Positions 17,396-27,760 are shown, counted from the stretch's first letter. The stretch is DNA of 64,000 nt from Candidatus Sulfotelmatobacter sp. (GCA_035538795.1 DATLJS010000055.1:25426-89425); one strand, 5' to 3'. Numbers and translations: made by a program. The notes: generated by a model not told the origin, from the letters alone.

Positions 17396-17397
17396 GG

Positions 17398-18372
17398 TCA
17401 GTCCTCCAGCCGCATCATGGTGTTGATGACCACCAGCCCGACCACCACCAGCCCACCGGCAAGCCACAGCAGATGCTGGCCCGCCGGCGTTTCGAACAGG
17501 ACCGAGAGATAATCGCTGTCGGTGCTTTCCAGCCCGGCCATCACCAAAACCGGCACCAGCGAGATCACCTTCGAAGCCGCCCGGCCCTGAGCCGTCAGGG
17601 CCCGGGTCTTCAGCCGGGTGTCGCGGCGGGAACGGATGATGCCCGACAGGTTCTCCAGCGTTTCCGCCAACGGTCCGCCGGTTTCACGCTGCAATTCCAG
17701 GCAGACCACGAAAAAGCGGAAATCGGGAATGCCGATGCGGTCGGCGGCGGTGGACATGACCTTCTGCGGCTCGAGGCCGATGCGCAGGGCGTCGCCCATA
17801 CGCTGAAATTCCATGCCGACCGGATGCGGCAGCTCCTGTCCCGCCGTCTGGATGGCCTGCACCACCGGGACGCCGGCCCGCACGGCGCGAATGATCATAT
17901 CCAAGGCTTCGGGAAAGAAATGCAGAAAGCGCTCGCGGAACCGCCGCTTCATCAGCGACAACGCCAGCCAGCCCCCGAGAAAACCGCCCAGCAAAGCCGC
18001 CGGCAACGCCAGGACCAGCGGCAGCTTCAAACCCATGACGGCCAGCGCCGCAGCGGCCGCGCCGCAGAACGCCGCCATCCCCAGTAGAGCCGGACCGGCG
18101 GAACCGCCTTTGTCCTGCACGAAGCGCAGCAGATCCCGCATCTGCAAGACCAGCGGATTGGACCGGCGGGGCGCGTGGCTTTGCACTTCCGACGCCACCT
18201 GGGCGACCGGCCGGTTGGCCTCGGTCATTCCGATGGCCCGGCGGCGGGCGCGAGCCTGCGGGCTGTTTTCGGCAGCATGCCGCACGGCGTCATAGCCCAG
18301 GGCCGCCAGCACCACGCCGACGAAACCGGCGATACTGACGATGTCTTCCGGGCCAAGGATGGCGACGCTCAT
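17398..18372 (-). CDS. tadB: type II secretion system F-family inner-membrane protein TadB
   Basis: GspF-like domain (FPEALDMIIRAVRAGVPV...). It overlaps the cpaF stop by 4 nt (ATGA). Confidence 0.8.
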   Translation of the reverse strand: MSVAILGPEDIVSIAGFVGVVLAALGYDAVRHAAENSPQARARRRAIGMTEANRPVAQVASEVQSHAPRRSNPLVLQMRDLLRFVQDKGGSAGPALLGMAAFCGAAAAALAVMGLKLPLVLALPAALLGGFLGGWLALSLMKRRFRERFLHFFPEALDMIIRAVRAGVPVVQAIQTAGQELPHPVGMEFQRMGDALRIGLEPQKVMSTAADRIGIPDFRFFVVCLELQRETGGPLAETLENLSGIIRSRRDTRLKTRALTAQGRAASKVISLVPVLVMAGLESTDSDYLSVLFETPAGQHLLWLAGGLVVVGLVVINTMMRLED

Positions 18373-19838
18373 GACTTCATGGCCTCCAGCAAAGCCTTTT
18401 CCAGACCGTAATAGCTGGCCTTGACCGCCAGGGCCGGGCGCAGGCCGGAAGATTCGAAGGAGCCGTGAACCTCGTCGCCGAAGGTCGAGGTGTCGTAGTG
18501 AAACTGGAACAGGTCCTGGCTGATGATGATGTCGCCTTCCATGCCCACCAGTTCGGTGATCTGGGTGACCCGGCGCACGCCGTCGCGCATGCGTTCCAGC
18601 TGAACGATCAGATGCACGGCGCTGGCGATCTGGCGGCGGATCGACAGCAGCGGCAGATTGCCGTTGGCCAGCAGCACCATACTTTCCAGGCGGGTCACGG
18701 CGTCGCGGGGATTGTTGGCGTGGATGGTGGTCATCGAACCGTCGTGGCCGGTGTTCATGGCCTGTAGCACGTCGAACGCCTCGACCCCTCGGGTCTCGCC
18801 GAGGATGATGCGGTCGGGCCGCATGCGCAGGGCGTTGCGCACCAATTGCCGCTGGTCCACCGAACCGCCGCCCTCGATGTTCTCGGGGCGGGTTTCCAGG
18901 CTGACCACATGGGGCTGTTGAAGCTGAAGCTCGGCGGCGTCCTCGATGGTGATGATGCGTTCGCGGGGATCGATCATCTTGGACATTGCGTTCATCAACG
19001 TCGTCTTCCCCGAGCCGGTGCCGCCGGAAATGATGATGTTGCTGCGGCTGGCGGTGGCCACCTCCAGCAGTCGAGCCATGCCCGCCGACAGATTCTTTTG
19101 CTGCACCAGACGGTTGAGGGTGTAGCTGCGCTTCGAGAACTTACGGATGGAAATGCAGGCGCCGCGGATGGCCAGGGGCGGCAGCACCACGTTGACGCGG
19201 CTGCCGTCGGGCAGACGGGCGTCGACCATCGGGCTGGATTCGTCGACCCGCCGCCCGACGGTGGCGGCGATGCGCTGGGCGACGTTGATCACATGCATGT
19301 TGTCGCGGAATTTCAGCGGCGTCAGTTCAAGCCGGCCATGGCGTTCGACGAAGACTTGATCCGGCCCGTTGACCAAGATGTCGGTCACGGTTTCGTCGGC
19401 CAGCAAAGGTTCGATGGGACCGATGCCGAACATGTCGTTCAGCATCTCCTCGACCATCAGCGCCTGTTCGGTGCCCGTCACCATCAGCCGGTCGCGGGTG
19501 ACGATGTCGGCGACCATGACGGCCAGATCGTGGCGGATCTGATCGCGGTTGCGGCTGGCGGCGGTGGAAACGTCGATACTGGCAAAGACGGCGCTGCGAA
19601 TCTGCAGATAGGTGGTCGAACGCACCAGATGCTCTTTGCCCTCGGGCGGAATCGCGTGCATCGATGCCAGCAGGCCCGGTTGCGGCTTGGGCTGGATGTC
19701 CGAGGAGATTTCAGCAAAGGACGAGACGGCGGAAGACGCGGCCGGCTGTTCGGAAGACGGCACGGCGGTTTCCGCCGAGACGATGTACTCGGGAACCGAC
19801 AAGCCTTCGACGGCGACGCTGTTTTTCCGCCCGAACAT
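18369..19838 (-). CDS. cpaF: CpaF/TadA family secretion ATPase
   Basis: Walker [10 protein letters not shown] and the VirB11/GspE-type ATPase core ([27 protein letters not shown]), in a tad context. Confidence 0.92.
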   Translation of the reverse strand: MFGRKNSVAVEGLSVPEYIVSAETAVPSSEQPAASSAVSSFAEISSDIQPKPQPGLLASMHAIPPEGKEHLVRSTTYLQIRSAVFASIDVSTAASRNRDQIRHDLAVMVADIVTRDRLMVTGTEQALMVEEMLNDMFGIGPIEPLLADETVTDILVNGPDQVFVERHGRLELTPLKFRDNMHVINVAQRIAATVGRRVDESSPMVDARLPDGSRVNVVLPPLAIRGACISIRKFSKRSYTLNRLVQQKNLSAGMARLLEVATASRSNIIISGGTGSGKTTLMNAMSKMIDPRERIITIEDAAELQLQQPHVVSLETRPENIEGGGSVDQRQLVRNALRMRPDRIILGETRGVEAFDVLQAMNTGHDGSMTTIHANNPRDAVTRLESMVLLANGNLPLLSIRRQIASAVHLIVQLERMRDGVRRVTQITELVGMEGDIIISQDLFQFHYDTSTFGDEVHGSFESSGLRPALAVKASYYGLEKALLEAMKS

Positions 19839-21100
19839 CAGGTTTGCCTTTGCAGCAACCGCTCGACCACGGCCTTGGCTTTGGCCAGCAATTGGGCCAG
19901 CTTGCCCTCCGCCGCCTTTTCATCGCGCCGGCCCGACAGATCGTTGGCCAGCTCGCGCAAGGCCTGGGCCAGCAGGCCGCTGCGCGTGACCAGCGGCGGC
20001 CCGAGATTTTCCGCTTCCGCCGCCGATTCGAAATCGTGAGGCAGTTCCATGCTGACCTTGCGGCCCACCGCCTCCTCGAAATCCTTGACCGCCAATTCAG
20101 CCTTGCCCGCCGGATGCTGATGGTTGATCACCAGCATCATGCTGGCGTGGTTGTCGCGGGTCTCCACCATGCGTATGACCCGCGCCGTTTCGCGGGCGCT
20201 GTAGACCGACGGCTCGCTGACCACCACCACCGTCTGGGCCGCTTCCGTGATGCACTGGCTCAACGGTCCGGCGCGATAAGGCAGGTCGGCGATGATGTAG
20301 TGGAAATGCTTCTTCAGTTCGTTGAGCAACCGCTTCAGGGCCACCAGATCGGGCGGCGTACCGGCGGAAAAATCCATCTCAGACGACAGCACCGACAGAT
20401 AGGGCCCCACCGACACCAGGGTGCGGTTGACGTAATGAGGATCCAGGTTGTTGACGTTCTTCAGAACGTCGGCCAAGCCCTCGTTGCTTTGGGTGCCCAG
20501 CAGCACATTGGCCGGTCCGCCATGGGGATCGAGATCGATCAGGGCCACCCGGCGATGCTGCTGGTTGGCCAGAGACCACGCCAGATTGACCGCCACCGTG
20601 GTCGCGCCGGCTCCGCCGCGGGCGCCGATGCAGGCCACCACCTTGCCGGTGCGCACCTGCTGATTCTGTTCGGCGGCCGGAGTGTTGGCCCCCAGGATGC
20701 GGCGCAAAAGGTCGATGGTCAGCGGCTTCGAAATGTAATCGTCGACGCCCATGCGCAAAAGTTCGCGGAACAGGCCGACGTCGTTGCGGTCGCCGATGAC
20801 CACCACCGACACGCTGGGGGCACAGGCGTCGGCCAGCCGGGCCAGATCGGACAGCGGCATGGACGAGGCGGAAATATCCACCACCAGCCGCTGCGGCGGT
20901 CGCTCCAGATGGTTCAGCACGGCGATGGCGTGGTCCACCGTTCCCTGGCGGACCAGGGAATGGGGGATCATCTGTTCGACAGCGAAATGATCCATGACGA
21001 GGGTGCTTTCCTCGTCGGCGAGAAAGGCCACGAACTCGGCCTGTCGCAAGGTCTTGTGAACCGCTCCACTCAGGCTATCCATCAGGAACATGGCGGCCAT
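19838..21100 (-). CDS. cpaE: CpaE/TadZ family pilus-assembly protein (receiver-like N-domain + MinD/ParA-like ATPase)
   Basis: Deviant Walker A (GARGGAGATTVAVNLA) and the expected position between cpaD and cpaF. The start is set at ATG 21100, directly after the cpaD stop. Alternatives are 21091 and 21082. Confidence 0.75.
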   Translation of the reverse strand: MAAMFLMDSLSGAVHKTLRQAEFVAFLADEESTLVMDHFAVEQMIPHSLVRQGTVDHAIAVLNHLERPPQRLVVDISASSMPLSDLARLADACAPSVSVVVIGDRNDVGLFRELLRMGVDDYISKPLTIDLLRRILGANTPAAEQNQQVRTGKVVACIGARGGAGATTVAVNLAWSLANQQHRRVALIDLDPHGGPANVLLGTQSNEGLADVLKNVNNLDPHYVNRTLVSVGPYLSVLSSEMDFSAGTPPDLVALKRLLNELKKHFHYIIADLPYRAGPLSQCITEAAQTVVVVSEPSVYSARETARVIRMVETRDNHASMMLVINHQHPAGKAELAVKDFEEAVGRKVSMELPHDFESAAEAENLGPPLVTRSGLLAQALRELANDLSGRRDEKAAEGKLAQLLAKAKAVVERLLQRQT

Positions 21101-21105
21101 CCAGT

Positions 21106-21765
21106 CTAGTTGGAGGTGGGTTTGCTGGTCGAAGTGGTCTGACGCAACACCTTGACCTTGTCGGCATTGTAACGGTCCACAGCCTCGGATTGAGACTCGC
21201 CGTCCGAACCGGCATAGGCCCGGCCCTCGGCCAGATCCGCCGGATTGGCGACGCTGGCGGCCAGATTGTTGTAGGTGGCGCAACCGAAGGCGACCGATGG
21301 ACGCTTGTCGAAATCCAGCATCGGCGTCGGCGTCACCGCTTCGTTATGGGTGATCATGCTGTCGCAATCCGGCCCCGTGGCGGTCAGGTGATAGAGCACC
21401 AGAACCACCTGGTTTCCCGGCGCCGAACGGCTGTCCAGGGCGACCAGATCGACGGGAATGCCCAGCGCCTGCACCGAGGCGCGGAAAGAATCCTGCGCCG
21501 GCAGGGGCTGGCCCATCGGCCACTGCACCCGCACCCGCAGGTCGCCGGTACCGGTGGCCGTCAGATGGGCTTTGACCCGGTTGCGGTCCTCCAGACTGGG
21601 CTGGCTGAAATTCGACAGGGCCAGTTTTTCGGAAACCGCCTCCAGCTTGATCGACGAGGCGTCGGGCAGGGGCGTGTAGTCGGGCCTAGGGAAACAGCCG
21701 CCCAGCAGCAGAAAGGCCAGAACGGTCAGATGCGGGACGGTCCGGAACGAGGTGGGACGAATCAT
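21106..21765 (-). CDS. cpaD: CpaD-like pilus-assembly lipoprotein
   Basis: Lipobox (LLLGGC), appropriate size, and position between cpaC and cpaE. Confidence 0.6.
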   Translation of the reverse strand: MIRPTSFRTVPHLTVLAFLLLGGCFPRPDYTPLPDASSIKLEAVSEKLALSNFSQPSLEDRNRVKAHLTATGTGDLRVRVQWPMGQPLPAQDSFRASVQALGIPVDLVALDSRSAPGNQVVLVLYHLTATGPDCDSMITHNEAVTPTPMLDFDKRPSVAFGCATYNNLAASVANPADLAEGRAYAGSDGESQSEAVDRYNADKVKVLRQTTSTSKPTSN

Positions 21766-21779
21766 GATGCGGTCCTTCC

Positions 21780-23210
21780 CTAGTAACTGAAGCCGGCGGC
21801 GCCCATCAGGCGCGGAGCGTCCGGCGCCAGAGGGTCGATGCCGTAGCGGGTCTGGGTGATGCGTTCGACGTCGCTGGCCGGCTTCAGGCTTTGCAGCGGC
21901 GTGCGCAGCACGTTGCCGCCCACCGGGCGCACCAGATAGGCGGTGACGATGACCACCAGCTCGCTCTTGTTGTTCTGATAATCCTGGGACGAGAACAGCT
22001 TGCCCAGAACCGGCAGATTGCCCAGACCGGGCAGCCGCGAGACGGAATCGTGCATGTTGTCCTGCAGCAAGCCGCCGACGGCGAAGCTTTGCCCGCTGGC
22101 CAGTTCGACGGTGGTTTCCACCCGCCGCACGGTCAGGCCGGGGATGGTGATGCCGTTCATGGTGATGCCGTTGTCGGAACTCAGTTCGCTGACCTCGGGA
22201 CGGACCATGACGCTGATGCGGTCGTTGGACAGCACCGTGGGTGTGAAGTCCAAGGCCACGCCGAACGGCTTGAATTCGATGGAAATGGCGTTGCTACTGC
22301 TGGAAGACGAACCGCTTTGCGCCACCGGAATGGGGAATTCGCCGCCGGCCAGGAAGCTGGCGGTCTGGCCCGACACGGCGGTCAGATTGGGCTCGGCCAT
22401 CACCGAGATCAGACCCTCGGCGTCCAGGGCGTCGAGCATGGTCTGGACGTTGTATTTGCCGTTGCTGTAGCCGCCCAGCACCGACCAGGCTGAAGTGGCT
22501 ATGTTATAGGTTTTGGTGGTGTCGTTATACCAGTCGCGGCCGTTCAGCACGCCGGCCACCACGTTGCCCGGCGTCATCAAGGCCTGCCAGTTGAAGCCGA
22601 ACTGCTGGGTGATGTTGCGCGACATCTCGACGATGCGCACCCGCAGCTGGACCTGAGTCGGGCGTTGCACCGACAGGCTGTTGATCAGCTTCTCGTCCTT
22701 GGACAGCAAGGGCGTCACCGTGTTGACCACGGCGTTGACCTCGTCGGGGTTGTTCACCACGCCGCCGATCATCACCGAGCCCGGAGCCGAGGACAGATTG
22801 AAGTTGTAGGAAGGGAAGCGCTGATGCAGCAGATCGCGGATCTCGACCAGATTATGGCGGACCACCACCGAGCGGCGCAGCACCACGCGATTGTCGCCGT
22901 CGACGGCGAACAAAGTGGTGGTGCCGGTCTTTTTGCCCAGCACAAAGATGCCGGTGGATGACGGCACCTGAACATCGGCGACATCGGGATTGGCGATGAA
23001 GACGCTCAAGGACGGGCGCGGCAGAGTCAGGAACTCGCCCTCGCCCACCGCCAATAAAAGCTGTTCGCCTTTCGGCTGCTCGCTTTTCGGCTGAAGATCG
23101 GCGGCCAAGACGGCTTGGCCGGTCAAAGCGGCAGCCAGGACGGCGGCCAGGAAGGCCGCGGCGATCCGGCGGAGATATCCCGCGAACAGACGTTTCACCC
23201 GTTCCATCAT
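21780..23210 (-). CDS. cpaC: CpaC/RcpA secretin (type II/III secretion system secretin family)
   Basis: Signal peptide, a BON-like N-terminus and a C-terminal secretin domain (GGEFPIP...VRPEVSEL...LPGLGNLPVLGKLF). Confidence 0.88.
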   Translation of the reverse strand: MMERVKRLFAGYLRRIAAAFLAAVLAAALTGQAVLAADLQPKSEQPKGEQLLLAVGEGEFLTLPRPSLSVFIANPDVADVQVPSSTGIFVLGKKTGTTTLFAVDGDNRVVLRRSVVVRHNLVEIRDLLHQRFPSYNFNLSSAPGSVMIGGVVNNPDEVNAVVNTVTPLLSKDEKLINSLSVQRPTQVQLRVRIVEMSRNITQQFGFNWQALMTPGNVVAGVLNGRDWYNDTTKTYNIATSAWSVLGGYSNGKYNVQTMLDALDAEGLISVMAEPNLTAVSGQTASFLAGGEFPIPVAQSGSSSSSSNAISIEFKPFGVALDFTPTVLSNDRISVMVRPEVSELSSDNGITMNGITIPGLTVRRVETTVELASGQSFAVGGLLQDNMHDSVSRLPGLGNLPVLGKLFSSQDYQNNKSELVVIVTAYLVRPVGGNVLRTPLQSLKPASDVERITQTRYGIDPLAPDAPRLMGAAGFSY

Positions 23211-23266
23211 CCCAATTCCTCACAGCCTTGCAGGCTTCTTTTCAAGTTGGCCGACGGCCAGATTAG

Positions 23267-24187
23267 TCACTGAACCGGCACGGAAACCGGAGCGCCGCCG
23301 GCGGGCACGTCGTCGCGCTTCGCTCCATGGAAGATCGTCGGCAGGGACTGCGGCGCGGCGGCGGCGGTTTTGGCCGCTTTCGGCGACATCTCCCGCACCG
23401 CCCGCGACACGTCGTGCTCCCAAACCGGAGCCGGGGCCTCGGCTTCCGCCTTGGCCTGGGCGTCGCCTTCGCGGCGCACCGTCGCCAAACTGCGCAGGGA
23501 CAGCGACAACTGGCCCAGGCGGCCGGCTACCGTCACCTTTTCGGCGTCGCGGGGCTCGACCTCCAGGGTCAGGGTGCGGGCGTTGTGGCTGTTGGCGGAG
23601 TTGGCGGCGGGCGCCGATCCGTCGGCGTCGGGCAAATGCATCAGGCTGCCGACGGCGATGACCCGCACGTCCCCCAGAATGGTTTCGCTGGCCACCTTCG
23701 GCACTTCGCCGCTGTCGCCCTGGGAAATGCGCTGGGTCAGCAGCAGATCGACCCGGTCGCCCGGCAGGATCAGACCGGCATTGCCGGTGACGTCGTCGAT
23801 GGCCACGGACACGGCGCGGGTGCCGGGATGCAAGGCCGCCGCCAGAAAACCGGGCGCGTCGGGAAAGACCACGTCCTTTTCCTCGACCACCATGCCGTCG
23901 TCGATGGGATGGCGAACCACGGCCCCCATCAAACGCTTGGCCAGGGGCGAGCCTTTGACGATCTGGCCTTTGGCCACGGAAGAGGCGGGAATTTCCTTCC
24001 AGCCCAGGTCATTGCCGTTCAGCAGAAGACCGGGGGACAAGGCGGCGGCGGCAATCTGGATTTCCGCCATGGGTTCGGCCTTTTGCCCTGGGGCGCTGAC
24101 CGAAACGAACAATCCGCGCAGCAGAATCGCGGCCACGGTGGCCATGACCAAGACCGCTGCGATGCGAAAGGCCGAATTCTTGTTCAT
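23267..24187 (-). CDS. cpaB: Flp pilus assembly protein CpaB/RcpC
   Basis: N-terminal transmembrane helix, a SAF-like domain and the conserved position downstream of the prepilin peptidase gene. Confidence 0.8.
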   Translation of the reverse strand: MNKNSAFRIAAVLVMATVAAILLRGLFVSVSAPGQKAEPMAEIQIAAAALSPGLLLNGNDLGWKEIPASSVAKGQIVKGSPLAKRLMGAVVRHPIDDGMVVEEKDVVFPDAPGFLAAALHPGTRAVSVAIDDVTGNAGLILPGDRVDLLLTQRISQGDSGEVPKVASETILGDVRVIAVGSLMHLPDADGSAPAANSANSHNARTLTLEVEPRDAEKVTVAGRLGQLSLSLRSLATVRREGDAQAKAEAEAPAPVWEHDVSRAVREMSPKAAKTAAAAPQSLPTIFHGAKRDDVPAGGAPVSVPVQ

Positions 24188-24217
24188 CTGACGTCATTTC
24201 CCCCCACGGACGATGCG

Positions 24218-24697
24218 TCATGTCCGTGCAGACGCGGCCAAGGCGGCCAAGACGCCTCCGACGGACAAAGCCACGCCGTAGGGAACGCCCCGTTCCGCCG
24301 AAAACAGAGTCAACGTTCGCGCCAGAAGAACGGGCAGGGACAGGCGGCAGAGCAACCCGGACAGGAACCCCAGCAGACCCAGGATCAGGCCGCAAACTGC
24401 GACCACCACCAAGATCCCCAGGGCGTTCTCCAACCCGGCCCACAGAAACACCGGCAAAGCCAGCTTGACGTCGCCACCGCCGATCCAGCCCAAAGCGAAA
24501 AAGAGGGTCATGGCCAGAAAGGCCGCCCCCCCTACCGCCAGAGTGGATGCCAGGTCCGGCAAGCCGCCCCCACGGCTTGCCAAGAACCCAACCCACGACA
24601 GCAACAACAGCCCCACCAGGATGTTGTCGATGCAGCGCCAGCCCAAATCCCGCAGGGCGACCACGGCAAAAACCGCGCAAGCCGCCCACGCGAACAT
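24218..24697 (-). CDS. cpaA: A24-family prepilin peptidase CpaA/TadV
   Basis: Small polytopic protein with the GGGDVKL motif, immediately downstream of the flp pilin gene. Confidence 0.82.
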   Translation of the reverse strand: MFAWAACAVFAVVALRDLGWRCIDNILVGLLLLSWVGFLASRGGGLPDLASTLAVGGAAFLAMTLFFALGWIGGGDVKLALPVFLWAGLENALGILVVVAVCGLILGLLGFLSGLLCRLSLPVLLARTLTLFSAERGVPYGVALSVGGVLAALAASART

Positions 24698-24706
24698 TGA
24701 ACTAAC

Positions 24707-24886
24707 TTATTGGGTGGCGCTGGTGAGTTCGGTGCCGACTTTGGAGAAAACGCTCGACAATTGGGTTTTAACGCCCGAACCGCCGACCGCCGCCGAAAGA
24801 CCGACAACCATCAGACCCGCCAGAATGGCGTATTCCAGGGCACTGACGCCGCGCTTGTCGCGCAGCAACGAGAAGATAAAGCGCAT
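24707..24886 (-). CDS. flp: Flp/Fap family pilin
   Basis: 59 aa, MRFIFSLLRDKRG/VSALEYAILAGLMVVGL, with the G-XXXX-EY Flp processing motif. ATG 24886 is preceded by a GGAGGG SD. Confidence 0.85.
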   Translation of the reverse strand: MRFIFSLLRDKRGVSALEYAILAGLMVVGLSAAVGGSGVKTQLSSVFSKVGTELTSATQ

Positions 24887-25287
24887 TCTAAATCCCTCCA
24901 CACGATCCGGCCTCATGCCCGATGGCTATTCTTACGGGTGCAAGAACCACCCACATCGGCCAGAAGTGTCTTGATGCTGTAACAATGCATCATCCGCTGT
25001 AAATATCCGTATGGATAATATGGTCATACCACAGGGTTAAAACCGTCCTGCGGGTTGCCGCGAATTGCCATTTCCGATGAGTTAATTCGGCTTAGATGCA
25101 ACCCAAACGACAACATAAACCCATGTTTATATTGTTGTTTTTTCTTGACTAGGATGGAAAACCTTCGGCGTTCCGTTCCTGATCAATATATCCTCATGGG
25201 TATTACCGTCCCGGCCGAACCGGTAAGTCGAAATCCGGAGAATGTGACAACCTATGTAACATCTGTCGCAAATAGAGGGCGGATCAT

Positions 25288-25330
25288 AAAAAAAACCGCC
25301 GCGGCCCGTTCCCGGACGGCGGCGGTTTTT
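25288..25330. terminator. bidirectional rho-independent terminator
   Basis: An A8 run, the stem ACCGCCGC...GCGGCGGT and a T5 run. On the minus strand the hairpin is followed by T8, 28 nt after the stop of the 25358-26362 gene. Confidence 0.75.
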
Positions 25331-25357
25331 GATGGAAAAATATTTTCCGTCAAAGAA

Positions 25358-26362
25358 TTACGCAGGCTTGCGATGAATATAGGGGTTCTTGAAGCGCGAC
25401 AGATAGGTCGGCAGGATGACTTCGGCGGCGGTCGGCGTGATGCCCAGATCGGCCAGACCGGCAACACCCAGCGGCACCACATTGTCCGTCGCCAGCAGCT
25501 TGACCTGATCGGGAGTCAGCAGCGGCTTCGGCAGGAACTGCAGGAAAGCCGCCTGGATCTTGGCCACGAAGAAGGGCAGCGGCGCCAGCAGGCGGCAGCG
25601 GCCGGCCGACTTCAGGGCCAATTCCAGCACCTGCTTGAAGCTGTAAACGTTGGGGCCGCCCAGCGCATAGGCCTTGCCGCAAGTTTCCGGCGACGCCAGC
25701 ACGGCCATGGCGGCCTTGGCCACGTCGCCGACGTAAACCGGCTGAAGCTTGGTGCCGCCCGAACCGTAAAGATCGATGCCGCAGGGAATCTTGCCGCAGA
25801 ACTTCGGCTTGAAGCCGTCGGCGACGAACACCGGCAGCACCGGGCTGTAGGTGCTCAACGACACGAAGCCGTTGAAGAAATCGTCTTCGGGTCCGAACAC
25901 CACGCTGGGACGCAGAATGGTGGCCTGCGGGAAAGCCGCCAGAACGGCGGCTTCGCCGGCGGCCTTGGTGCGGGAATAGGCCGAAGCCGAGCCGGCATCA
26001 GCGCCCAGGGCGGAAACATGGATCAGACGGGCGGCGCCGGCGGCTTTGGCGGCGGCGGCGATGCGGCCGGCGGCGTCCTCGTGGATGGCCTTGAAGCTGC
26101 GCTTGCCGCGCTCGTACAGAATACCCACCAGATTGACCACCAGCTCGGCGCCCTGCACCGCGGCGGTCACCGAGGCGTCCTTGGTGACGTCGGCGAACAC
26201 CGGCACCACTTGCCCGACATCGCCCAGCGGCTTGAGGAAGGCCGCGCCTTCGGGATCCCGCACGGCGACACGCACGCGCCAGCCTTCGGCGGCCAGACGC
26301 TGCACCAGATGACGGCCGATGAAACCGGACCCGCCGAACACCACAGCCAGGCGATTCGCCAT
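25358..26362 (-). CDS. complex I NDUFA9-like NAD(P)-binding SDR (atypical epimerase/dehydratase family)
   Basis: N-terminal Rossmann motif VFGGSGFIGRHLV and overall collinearity with the NDUFA9-like family common in alphaproteobacteria. Confidence 0.75.
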   Translation of the reverse strand: MANRLAVVFGGSGFIGRHLVQRLAAEGWRVRVAVRDPEGAAFLKPLGDVGQVVPVFADVTKDASVTAAVQGAELVVNLVGILYERGKRSFKAIHEDAAGRIAAAAKAAGAARLIHVSALGADAGSASAYSRTKAAGEAAVLAAFPQATILRPSVVFGPEDDFFNGFVSLSTYSPVLPVFVADGFKPKFCGKIPCGIDLYGSGGTKLQPVYVGDVAKAAMAVLASPETCGKAYALGGPNVYSFKQVLELALKSAGRCRLLAPLPFFVAKIQAAFLQFLPKPLLTPDQVKLLATDNVVPLGVAGLADLGITPTAAEVILPTYLSRFKNPYIHRKPA

Positions 26363-26484
26363 GTTCCTCTCCCCTGATTTAAGACGGTCGTTCAGAACGT
26401 GATGCGCAAGCTAAAACACCTGGGGTCGCGATGCAACCCGCAGGGCTGGAAAATATGGGAGAAAAGGGCGGATACGACCTGGAT

Positions 26485-27162
26485 TCAGGGCTCGCACAGC
26501 CGCGACAGGAAGTCGGCCAGGGTGCGTCCCGGCTCGTCGGTGAAATTGCCCACGAGCACGTCGAGCCCGCGCAGGCGGTCCACCCTGAAGTTGCGGAAGT
26601 CGCCGCGCAGTTCACACCAACCGGTCAGAGTCCAGACGCCGCCCCAGAAATGCAGGCCCAGCGGACGAATGCGCCGCCGTGACCGCCGCCCGTCCAGGGC
26701 TTCGTAATCGATATCGGCCAAACGGCGGTCCTGGATCGCCCGCGCCAAACGATCCAGGTCGCTGCGCAGACCGTCCGGCACCTGATAGCCGACGGCATGA
26801 AAGGGCCGCTGGTCCATTTTCCGGTTCAGCGCCTCGGGCAGGACGGCGCGGATCTTTTCCAAGGCGCCGGCGGCGGCGCGGGCCACCTCGTGCCCGCCCC
26901 ACGACTGCACCATGGCCGCCCCCAAGGCCAAGGCCTCGACCTCGGCCCGGCTGAACATCAGCGGCGGCAGTTCGAAATCGCGCAGCAGATAACCCAGCCC
27001 GGCCTCGCCGTCGATGGGCACGCCCGAGGATTGAAGGTCGGCCACGTCGCGATAGATCGTCCGCTCCGACACTTCCATAAGCTCGGCCAGACGGCGGGCC
27101 GTGACCAGACGGCCGCCGCGCAACGCCAACAAAAGTCGAAACAGACGATCGGCGCGTCTCAT
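26485..27162 (-). CDS. YafY-family transcriptional regulator (HTH + WYL domain)
   Basis: MRRADRLFRLLLALRGGRLVTARRLAELMEVSERTIYRDVADL is the canonical YafY HTH N-terminus. The start is set at ATG 27162, and the ORF-track extension to 27309 overlaps the upstream gene. Confidence 0.78.
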   Translation of the reverse strand: MRRADRLFRLLLALRGGRLVTARRLAELMEVSERTIYRDVADLQSSGVPIDGEAGLGYLLRDFELPPLMFSRAEVEALALGAAMVQSWGGHEVARAAAGALEKIRAVLPEALNRKMDQRPFHAVGYQVPDGLRSDLDRLARAIQDRRLADIDYEALDGRRSRRRIRPLGLHFWGGVWTLTGWCELRGDFRNFRVDRLRGLDVLVGNFTDEPGRTLADFLSRLCEP

Positions 27163-27172
27163 GGCTTCACTC

Positions 27173-27565
27173 TTATCCTTCCGCGTAAAGGCCGACACGG
27201 TTGCCTTCGGTGTCGACGATATGGATGAAAGTGCCCATGTCGCCCGGCAGGTCGATCTTCGGTCCCAGCAGGCCGCCCCCCGCCGGCTCGACGCAGGCGA
27301 TCGCCGCATCCAATTGCCCGTCGCAATTCAGATAGACCATGGTGCCGCCGCCGTCCCGCGACGGATGATACATCGGTCCCGACACCACGCAGCCGGAAAT
27401 GCCCGGCTCCTGATAGGGAAACACCGCCAGACGGATGCCTTCCGACATGCTTTCCCGGCGCAGGGTCACGCCCAGAATGGTTTCGTAGAAGGCGATGGCG
27501 CGCTCGAAATCGTCGGACGGAATTTCAAACCAGACGACCACGGTGGAAGGATTCAAGCTCATCAA
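27173..27565 (-). CDS. VOC (glyoxalase/bleomycin-resistance) family protein
   Basis: 130 aa with the FEIPSDDFERAIAFYETILG and GNRVGLY pattern of the small VOC fold. It lies upstream of yafY in the same orientation. Confidence 0.7.
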   Translation of the reverse strand: MMSLNPSTVVVWFEIPSDDFERAIAFYETILGVTLRRESMSEGIRLAVFPYQEPGISGCVVSGPMYHPSRDGGGTMVYLNCDGQLDAAIACVEPAGGGLLGPKIDLPGDMGTFIHIVDTEGNRVGLYAEG

Positions 27566-27698
27566 AACGGCTCCTTAAGCCTTGAAATCGACAATGCCGT
27601 TTGCACGGCGGCGATACCGGAACCCTAGCAATCTCCTGCTGACAGCATGGTGTCAGGAGCCTGCGGCGAGAGGCGGAAAACAGGCCCGCCAAGGCCGT

Positions 27699-27760
27699 CG
27701 AAAAAAGTTCGAAAAAAGTTCAGAAAAGTGTTTGACAGCTTCTCGGCGGACCAGTATCTA
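27699..27760 (+). promoter_or_regulatory. sigma-70-type promoter with phased A-tract (UP-like) repeats for tRNA-Leu
   Basis: TTGACA (27732-27737), a 17-nt spacer and TATCTA (27755-27760). Upstream are two exact tandem 11-bp units CGAAAAAAGTT (27699-27720) plus a degenerate third unit. Confidence 0.6.
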
